A stretch of DNA of 64,000 nt from Naegleria gruberi (taxonomy: Eukaryota), in assembly GCA_000004985.1 (NCBI GenBank), contig GG738867.1. The stretch is one strand, 5' to 3'. Positions 55,982 to 64,000 of this stretch are shown here, one piece after another. Each line of letters begins with the position of its first letter. Position 1 is the stretch's first letter. Both the position numbers and the translations under genes were made by a program. Below the pieces are notes generated by a model. The model made no database searches. It was not told the origin of the DNA and worked only from the letters and a program-made list of their open reading frames with translations.

Positions 55982-57115
55982 ATGTCTGTCTATGGAGACT
56001 TTCAAGCTCTCGTTGTTGACAACGGTTCTGGTATATGCAAAGCTGGTTTTGCTGGCGATGATGCTCCAAGAGCTGTCTTTCCTTCAATTGTAGGTAGACT
56101 AAAGCGACAGTCAATCATGATTGGAATGGGTGAAAAGGATGCCTATGTTGGTGATGAAGCTCAATCCAAGAGAGGCATCTTGACCTTAAGGTATCCAATT
56201 GAACACGGTATTGTTACTAATTGGGATGATATGGAAAAGATTTGGCATCACACTTTCTACAATGAATTGAGTGTTGCTCCTGAGGAACATCCAGTCTTGT
56301 TGACTGAAGCTCCTTTGAATACAAAGGCAAATAGAGAAAAGATGACTCAAATCATGTTTGAAACCTTCTCAGTTCCAGCCATGTATATTTCCATTCAAGC
56401 TGTCTTGTCTTTGTATGCTTCTGGTAGAACTACTGGTATAGTTTTAGAATCTGGTGATGGTGTTTCACACACTGTTCCAATTTTTGAAGGTTATTCGTTG
56501 CCACACACCATTTTGAGATTGGATTTGGCTGGTCGTGACTTGACTGATTGCTTGATGAAGATTTTGATGGAAAGAGGTTACTCATTCAACACTACTGCTG
56601 AAAGAGAAATTGTAAGAGATATTAAGGAAAAGCTCTGTTACGTTGCTTTGGATTTCAAAGAAGAAATGAAAGTTGCTGCTGAATCGTCTTCTGTTGAAAA
56701 GTTATATGAATTGCCAGATGGCACTGTTATAACAATTGGTAACGAACGATTCAGATGTACAGAAGTTTTATTCCAACCTAATTTCGTTGGTATGGAAGAT
56801 GCTGGTGTTCATGAAATAGCCTTCAACTCAATTGGTAAATGCGACATTGACATTAGAAAAGAATTGTTTGGAAATGTTGTCTTGTCTGGAGGTACTACCC
56901 TGTTCGAAGGTATTGCTGAAAGGATGACCAAGGAATTGACTGCTTTGGCACCAGCCTCAATGAAGATAAAGGTTGTAGCCCCACCTGAAAGAAAGTACTC
57001 AGTCTGGATTGGAGGCAGTGTCCTCGCGAGCCTTGCAACCTTTCAGCAGATGTGGATATCGAAAGAAGAATATGAGGAGGTTGGTCCTGGTTTTGTTCAT
57101 AGAAAGTGCTTCTAA
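55982..57115 (+). CDS. actin (divergent paralog)
   Basis: 377-aa intronless ORF colinear with actin over its whole length (…[29 protein letters not shown]…, …[20 protein letters not shown]).
It has an atypical N-terminus 'MSVYGDFQ' and scattered substitutions. Confidence 0.9.
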   Translation: MSVYGDFQALVVDNGSGICKAGFAGDDAPRAVFPSIVGRLKRQSIMIGMGEKDAYVGDEAQSKRGILTLRYPIEHGIVTNWDDMEKIWHHTFYNELSVAPEEHPVLLTEAPLNTKANREKMTQIMFETFSVPAMYISIQAVLSLYASGRTTGIVLESGDGVSHTVPIFEGYSLPHTILRLDLAGRDLTDCLMKILMERGYSFNTTAEREIVRDIKEKLCYVALDFKEEMKVAAESSSVEKLYELPDGTVITIGNERFRCTEVLFQPNFVGMEDAGVHEIAFNSIGKCDIDIRKELFGNVVLSGGTTLFEGIAERMTKELTALAPASMKIKVVAPPERKYSVWIGGSVLASLATFQQMWISKEEYEEVGPGFVHRKCF

Positions 57116-57205
57116 ATTGGCTCTGTAAATCAGTACTTCCAATGAGTTTAAAACAAGTTGAATTTTCTGGTGGTGTATTTGAATAATGTTAAGATAATTG
57201 AAAAA

Positions 57206-57324
57206 AGACTACAGCACCACAGGTTCCCAAGTTGTCTCCAACCTCAGTACTGATGTGGCTCGACGATGCTTAACTTCTCAAATCGGACGGGATGAGGTGT
57301 ATTCATCGTGATATGGCCGTAGCC
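57206..57324 (-). rRNA. 5S rRNA gene (copy 2)
   Basis: Near-identical to copy 1 (2 substitutions inside the gene).
The same conserved 5' flank lies at 57325-57362.
An A6/T6 terminator run lies immediately 3'. Confidence 0.85.
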
Positions 57325-57775
57325 ATTCATCTTTTCAAAATCTTAATATTGAAATATTGAGAGAACATCAAGAGTCATTATCCCAAAATTCTATTGAAAA
57401 TTTGAAACTTGTTGACTTTAATGATTTTGACTTTTTTAAATTTTCTATTATTATTTTGTAAATTCTCAATTTCAGTAAGGAGGAGATGAAACAATTTAGA
57501 ATATATAACATTTAAATGAAAGCCATGAACAAACTACTGTTGAATATTAAGGTAAACTACCAAATTCAATTCATGTTTGAAAATGAAGTTGATTTCGCCA
57601 ACAATTGGAACGGAATTGCGGAGTAGATGAGGACAATTTATAAATAATACCATCCACTCTGGCATCCAACTCATTTTCCAAATGCCACACAAAACAACAA
57701 GTGGTAACCTTCTTAAAAATCATAAAACGTTGCAAATTCATGTTTCTTGTAATCAACTTGAAAGTAGTAAAAAAA

Positions 57776-60700
57776 ATGAGCAGCAACGAAGAAGCACCAA
57801 CTTTAATCAAAAATTCATCTCATAATCAAGATGATGAATTGGAGGATCTTCTCGATGCTCGGAATGAAAATGTTGTGGATGTGTTTAAGGAGGAGATTGA
57901 TGGGTCGTCTTCAGAGCCATTAGAGAATGGAGCTTCTTGGATATCACTCGTGTTCTTTTCATTTGCTGGAAGTTTGATGAGTCTTGGGTTTAGAAAGGCT
58001 GGTGAGAATTATTTGATAAAATTGATCAAACAAATGTTGAATCGAATTGGGATATTTGGTCAGTTTCAGATTAGAAAGGAGGAGGGAATGAATCATGGAG
58101 ATATTCCCAAGTTGGATGAAAGGTTCAAGGCAAACAGGCATTGTGAATTATTCGAAAGACAGTACAGAGAATTATATCATGAGAGAGGTTATTATAGTGA
58201 GGATGGAGGATTTAGGAAGAATTTTGGAACTTTATTGTTGCGAGTGATTGAGAGAGCTTATAGAAATAGAGGATTATATTCAATATCCTTGTGGAAGATT
58301 GCTGAAATGGCATGTTTGTACATGTCACCACTCATTCTCTATATTTTACTCGAGTCAATCAAGGTGGATGATTATGTGAAAAGTGCAATACCAGCAGCAA
58401 CTCAATTTTTAATACCAATTTCTTCCTACGGATTGTTGAATAATGACACTGTCATTACCTCCAATTACACAATGAACAACGAAACAAATTGGTTTCAAGA
58501 GAACTTGCCACTCTCAAATATTTTCTTCCAGTTGACTTTGGTAATTTTATTATTTACTTTCAACTCAATGGCTTCATTGTGCATCCATCAGTATTACTAT
58601 GCTACTTCAAAAATTTGGATTCCACTCATTGGAGCACTTCAAGGTTCAATCTTGCAAAAGCTGAATAGAATCAAGAGTGAGGAAAGAAGAAAATTCAAAA
58701 GTGGTGAATTGAACAATTTATTTGCCACAGATGCCAAAAGATTAGCCATGGATGGTATTGATATTCACGAGGCTTGGCTATTGCCATTGACATTAATTGT
58801 TGGTGTTGTATTGGTTTTCCTATTTTTTGGTTATAGCTCACTTGTTGGTATTCTTGCAATGGTAGTTTGTGGACCTATTCTTCCATTGTTGGGTAAATAT
58901 CAAACTAGTTTTGCTGCCAAAGCTGCCGAATTCAGAGATGAAAGAGTCAAGCACATTAGTGAGGTATTGAATGGTATTAGAATTGTCAAGTTTTATGTTT
59001 TTGAAGACAAGATGAAAGAAAAGGTGAATCAAGCAAGAGGGAAGGAATATTCACTCCTCAAAAAGTATATTACTGTATTGAGTGGATATTGCTTTACTTC
59101 TTCTTTGATTGCTGTTGTTGGAAGTGGAGCCACTTTTGTTACTTTCTATTATGTAGGTGGAAATTTGACCTTACCTAAAATGTTCACTGGTCTAGTGTTG
59201 TTTAGCACCTTTAGATTACCATTATTGTATTTGCCTTGGGTCTTTTCAAACTTGGTTTTGGCCTATGTGAGTGCTAAACGTATTGGTAGATTCTTGTTTT
59301 GTGAAGATACTTTGAATTTACCTCATGATCATGAAAATAAGGCGAATTTGTGGGATTTTGATTCAGAACATACTGAATTGTCATCAATTATGGATAATAA
59401 TTCAGCTATTGAATGTAAAGATGCATCTATTGGATGGTCAGAAGAGGATGCTCCTATTCTCACTGATTTAAATCTGAAAATTGAGAAAGGAAAGCTCTAT
59501 TGTGTAATTGGTAATACTGGTAGTGGAAAATCAACTCTGATCTCCTCAATTTATGGTGAATCTATTGTAAAGAGTGGAAAAGTTCAAGTTAACCCATCAT
59601 GTAATATTTCACTCAGTGATGAAACTCCATGGTTGATCAATGCATCTGTCATGGAAAATATAATTTTTGATAAGAATTTAACTTTTGACAGGGAAAGATA
59701 CAATAGAGTATTGGATGTGTGTCAATTAAGAGACGACCTCAGTCAATTCCCAAATCATGATCAAACCGAAATTGGTTTTTCTGGAATTAACCTTTCAGGA
59801 GGTCAAAAACATAGAATTAGTTTAGCCAGAGCATGTTATAGTAATTCTGAAATTATCTTAATGGATTCCACTCTCAACTCAATTGATGCCAAATTGTGTA
59901 GAAAGATTTTTAATGAATGTATTAGTGGATATTTGAAGGACAGAACTAGAATTCTCGTAACGCACTCGCTGCAGTTGTTGGAAATGGCTGATGAAGTCAT
60001 TGTTTTAGAGAATGGAAAATTGATTGCCAAAGGCCCTCTGAAGGATATTAAGGATTCCTATGACTTTTCCAAACTAATCTCTGAACAGGAAGAAGAACTT
60101 GAAACTGTAGAGAAAGAAGCAATTGAGAAGGAAAAGAAACAAGATGAAAAGAAGGGCCAACTTGTAGCTGTGGAAGATAAGAGCCACGGTGAAGTTAGTT
60201 GGGCTGTCTTTATGGCCTATATCCGTCAGTGTGGAATTTTCTTGACACTTCTCAGTCTCTTTATGAATCTATTATCTATTGGAGCAAAAACAGCAAGTCA
60301 AGTCTGGATATCTGTTATGAATAGTGACCTGCTTGGATTACCTCTGGGTACCTATGTTTGGGTCTTCTTCTCTTTTGGATTAATGGATTGTTTCATCATC
60401 TTCTTTAAGGAGTTAACTTTAGGTTTTGCTACTCTAAGAGGTTCGACCAATTTGCATAGAGGTATGCTGAATAACATTCTAAGAGCTCCAATACAATTCT
60501 TTGATCAGAATCCAGTCGGAAGAGTATTGAATAGATTTACTCAAGATTTAGAAACTTTGGATAATATGGTAATGCCTGCCTCTGATTTTATTGGAAATGT
60601 GTTGAATATTTTCTTTACCCTAACTCTGATATCTATAATCAATCCAATGTTTTTAATTGTGGTTATTCCAATCGGTTTAGCATTTTACTTTATTCAAGAA

Positions 60701-62036
60701 TATTATAGAACTACCTCAAGAGAACTTAGAAGATTGGAATCAATCTCAAAGAGTCCAGTCATGTCACATTTCAATTCATGCCTCGAAGGTGTCAATACTG
60801 TTAAGGCATCGCTTGTACATTCGAATATTTATGCAGATAGTTTTTCAAAGATTGACTTTGCCAACAAACATACCTTTAACAGATTTATGATAAACAGATG
60901 GTTGGGAGTAAGAATTCATCTCAGTAAGTATCTATTCACATTAATAATGTTTCTCATATATTTCACAGTTTCTCAATCAGTTTTGTTCTTCACAGCAATT
61001 TTTGCCATCATTGCCAAAAATACACAAGATATTAGTCCAGCTTTCCTTGCCTTGACTATTTCAAACTCTCTCCAGTTGAGTGATTGTTTCCAAGGTCTGG
61101 TTCGTTCTTTTGTTGAAGTTGAAAGTAATATGACTTGTGTGGAGAGAATTGTTTATTATGCCCAGAGTATCTCACAAGAAGCTGCCTATGACAAAGAAGG
61201 AGATCCAACCACAACCGAATGGCCAACTAAGGGACATATTCAATTAGATAAATTCTCAGTAAGATACAGAGATGATTTAGATCCAGTTTTGAAGAATCTT
61301 GATTTGGATATCAAAGCAGGAACCAAAGTTGGTGTTGTAGGAAGGTAAGTTGTTTAATATTTCTTAACATTTCTAATAATCATAATAGAACTGGAAGTGG
61401 AAAGAGTACTTTATTGATTTCACTGTTCAGATTCCTCGAAGCTAACGAAGGTAAAATCTCCATTGATGGTCAGATATTTCGAGTATTGGTTTGAGAGCTT
61501 TACGTAAAGCTTTATTAATCATTCCCCAACAACCTGTTCTATTCTCTGGATCTATTCGATACAATTTGGATCCTTTTGATGAATTTGAGGATTATGAAAT
61601 TTGGAATGCCCTCGAACGAGTTCACATGAAAGAGAAGATTCAACCACTCCAGCTCTCATTCACCGTTACTGAGAATGGTAGCAATTTTTCAATTGGTGAA
61701 AGACAATTGCTTTCCTTGAGTAGGTGCATTTTGAGGAAGGCAAAGATTATCATCTTTGATGAATCGACTGCATTTGTGGACCATAATAGTGATGCATTGG
61801 TTCAGAAGGTTATCAGAGAGGAATTTAAAGATAGTACCATCATAACTGTTGCTCACAGATTGGACACCATCATTGATTCCGATAGTATTGTCTTTATGAA
61901 GGAGGGTGAGATTATTGAGACTGGAAGTCCTAAGGATTTACTCTTGGATGAAAGATCGAATTTCTCCTCTCTTGTGAGAGAAACTGGTAAACAGTACTCC
62001 GATCATTTGAAGAAGCAAGCTTTTAAACTTCCTTAA
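57776..62036 (+). CDS. ABCC/MRP-type full-length ABC transporter (TMD1-NBD1-TMD2-NBD2); 2 exons (57776-61344, 61389-62036) with an apparent 1-nt frame break near 61473
   Basis: NBD1 Walker A '[10 protein letters not shown]', signature '[14 protein letters not shown]', Walker B 'IILMDSTL'.
A 44-nt intron GTAAGT…ATAATAG splits NBD2 Walker A 'VGVVGR|TGSGKSTLL'.
NBD2 signature '[14 protein letters not shown]' and Walker B 'IIIFDEST'.
'…ISIDGQ' and '(D)[33 protein letters not shown]' lie in different frames. Confidence 0.8.
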
Positions 62037-62160
62037 TAATTTTTTATTAAAATACAATTTGAAGATTTAACGAAACTTTCTTTAATGGCTCACACTTTAA
62101 AATCAATACAAACCTACATGTAAGGGAGAAGTTTTCTTTTGAAGGCTGATAAAAGGCTAT

Positions 62161-64000
62161 TTATTTATATGGATTATCGCCATAATTTGAATCGACAATT
62201 ACGACACCAATTACTTTGTGCTTGGTATTGTAGGCAAAAAGATACCAATAATTATCTACCAAAACTGAATAGTACAAAACTTGAGTAATCTTTTCCTTAT
62301 ACATTTCTCTCTTGACTGCAATATTCTGCATTGAAAAAACAAAGTTAGTCAACTGGTGGGCGTGATGTGAAATTTGCTCCTCAATAAATCTGAGCATACT
62401 CTTTTCAGATTTCTTGCTTGCCTTGATTTTCTCGTACATTTGTAACATTGAGTCATCCAAGTTGCATTCATTGAAAATGAACAAGAGCAGGGAAATAAAG
62501 TGGGCACTGTCCAATGATGGAGGAGTATTCATCAATACTGTATTATTGTCTAAAATATCCTTGTGTTTTCTATCCTTCTCGTTAAAGATAAAATAGGTAA
62601 TGTCTTCATTCTTGAAGTGATGTTTGAATTCTGCCAAGCATCTCCATGAAAGTTTGCACTCTCTTGTTTGCATAATATTTTGCAATTTGTGGAATGGATT
62701 GAAAGCCACAGTTTCAACTGTTTTAATCCTTGTAAAAATGTCCATCCATAACTTTTCATTATCAATAACATTGATACCGTAGAAGTTTTTAGAAACTTGG
62801 CACCAGGTAGCAATTTCTTTCACTTCCAAAAATTCGAATATCTTTCTCCACATGTCATGAGTAACTGAATCAATGTTTTGAGGTTTGATTTCTTTAGCTC
62901 CAACAAATGTCAAATAGTCATCAATTTCCTCCTTAATCATACCACTATATAAAATACGAGACAATGTCAGAGGTGAAATACCATCTTGATTTACGCAATT
63001 CACATCGACCAAGCATTCCTCTATGAGATATTGAATTACTGCAATGTCAGGAACTCTGATAGCATCAAATAGAACAGTCTCATTCTTATCGAAGGTTCTA
63101 ACTCTGGCAACAGAACCAACATCATGATGAATGGAAAAGTCTTCAAAGAGGCATATTGGATTTTCAGAGACAGCATCCCTAAGTAACACTTCAGTTACAA
63201 TAAATCCGAAATGTTTTGCAAAATCCAATTGTGGATTGTATTCTTTGAAAAATGGATTTTTGCCTCCCATCATTTTACTAATGAGAATAGCACGTCTATC
63301 ATAGTTGGTAATCTTGTCATCCTCATAGGCATTTTGCTTTTTCAAATTCTCAATAGAGAAGGGATGTTGATCCATTGGTTTTAAAAGCAATGCAAGTTTT
63401 GTTGTATCACTTTTCTTATAACAAGATCTTATGAGTAAACAGAAAAGAACCATATGATAGTAAGGGTAGTAAGCTAATGTTGGGAAAATGCATAGAATCC
63501 AGTCTACAAAGAATTGATCATCCAATTTTGGATCATCGCAGGTTTCAAAGAAATATTTAGTCATCGCATGAAGGCATGATATTAACATAATAGTTGAACA
63601 TTCATCCAACATGATATCGTAATCGTGAAGGGAATCAGATGTTACATTGAAAGAAAAGTCCTTTCCAAGTTGTTTACCAAGTTTTTCTGCTACATCATCA
63701 AACATGAATTCAACTGGATCATAGTAAGTAACACTTTGAAGTCTTTCTACAATAGAGTTAAGATCACAGGAAGTGTCACTTAGAATAAATCCAGAAAGTG
63801 ACAGATTGACAGTTTTTTCCGAAATGCTAACCTCAATATTCACACCAAAAATATTGTTTGAGCAGAGATATCGTTGTACTGCTTTTTGGATTTCTCTAAG
63901 GATTGGATCCTTCTTGACTTTAGGTGTCTTGACTTTCTTTGTTGCCTCTGTATTTGAAGGACTTGGAGTTGAATCAACAACAGGTGTAGATGATTTCTTT
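62161..64000 (-). CDS. F-box-like protein, 5' partial because the frame is open to the window end
   Basis: 'DSVTHDMWRKIFEFLEVKEIATWCQVSKNFYGI' F-box-like.
The track start at 63843 is a GTG.
The same frame continues open to nt 64000 (…KKSSTPVVDSTPSPSNTEATKKVKTPKVKKDPILREIQKAVQRY…). Confidence 0.5.
   Translation of the reverse strand, partial: KKSSTPVVDSTPSPSNTEATKKVKTPKVKKDPILREIQKAVQRYLCSNNIFGVNIEVSISEKTVNLSLSGFILSDTSCDLNSIVERLQSVTYYDPVEFMFDDVAEKLGKQLGKDFSFNVTSDSLHDYDIMLDECSTIMLISCLHAMTKYFFETCDDPKLDDQFFVDWILCIFPTLAYYPYYHMVLFCLLIRSCYKKSDTTKLALLLKPMDQHPFSIENLKKQNAYEDDKITNYDRRAILISKMMGGKNPFFKEYNPQLDFAKHFGFIVTEVLLRDAVSENPICLFEDFSIHHDVGSVARVRTFDKNETVLFDAIRVPDIAVIQYLIEECLVDVNCVNQDGISPLTLSRILYSGMIKEEIDDYLTFVGAKEIKPQNIDSVTHDMWRKIFEFLEVKEIATWCQVSKNFYGINVIDNEKLWMDIFTRIKTVETVAFNPFHKLQNIMQTRECKLSWRCLAEFKHHFKNEDITYFIFNEKDRKHKDILDNNTVLMNTPPSLDSAHFISLLLFIFNECNLDDSMLQMYEKIKASKKSEKSMLRFIEEQISHHAHQLTNFVFSMQNIAVKREMYKEKITQVLYYSVLVDNYWYLFAYNTKHKVIGVVIVDSNYGDNPYK

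Noticed and set aside
45-64000. Track 'M' start codons at 45, 17979-20195, 32716, 37465, 43795-45783, 49892, 53043, 54437, 54948 and 63843
   Set aside because: Inspection shows these are TTG/GTG codons rendered as M by the ORF finder. Real starts were moved to the first in-frame ATG or assigned to upstream exons, and ends were treated as partial where the frame runs off the window.
1-64000. Prokaryotic-style features (operons, CRISPR arrays, IS elements, defence islands)
   Set aside because: The sequence is clearly eukaryotic nuclear DNA (spliceosomal introns, pol III tRNA/5S genes with T-run terminators, eukaryote-specific protein families). No direct-repeat/spacer arrays or transposase ORFs were seen.

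Overview
This 64-kb window is nuclear DNA from a moderately AT-rich eukaryote, probably an amoebozoan or opisthokont-like protist, not a prokaryote; I cannot assign a taxon from sequence alone. It carries at least 27 protein-coding genes on both strands, mostly long single-exon or few-exon CDSs. All introns I could resolve are ultrashort spliceosomal introns (40-120 nt) beginning GTAAGT, GTAGGT, GTATGT or GTTTGT and ending (T)AG. TAA is the usual stop codon.

Protein-coding genes I can support:
- a 5'-truncated IQGAP-like RasGAP with filamin repeats
- a GPx-like thioredoxin-fold protein
- an ASPM-like IQ-repeat protein
- an RGS-like protein
- two DUF4116-like repeat proteins
- at least six F-box-like proteins
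- a secreted VWD-domain mucin with a PT/K-rich tandem array
- an animal-type heme peroxidase
- a helicase-containing Dicer
- a three-exon LSm3 gene that the ORF track misses
- a RhoGAP
- a TPR protein
- a PROPPIN/WIPI WD-repeat protein
- an NHL-EGF-TM receptor-like Ser/Thr kinase
- BTB proteins, one with tandem KCTD-type BTB domains and a 27-nt micro-exon
- a prolyl-4-hydroxylase-like 2OG oxygenase ending in a CaaX box
- an actin paralog
- a full-length ABCC/MRP transporter

Pol III genes: tRNA-Ala(AGC), tRNA-Ser(UGA), tRNA-Thr(AGU), and two dispersed near-identical 5S rRNA copies that share a conserved TATA-like 5' flank.

Several ORF-track starts are alternative TTG/GTG codons, and I have moved those CDS starts to the first in-frame ATG where one exists. 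A number of adjacent ORFs are really single genes joined by ~40-50-nt introns. A few genes (ABCC NBD2, ASPM, the mucin repeat array) contain 1-nt frame breaks that need verification. No mobile elements or CRISPR arrays are evident.
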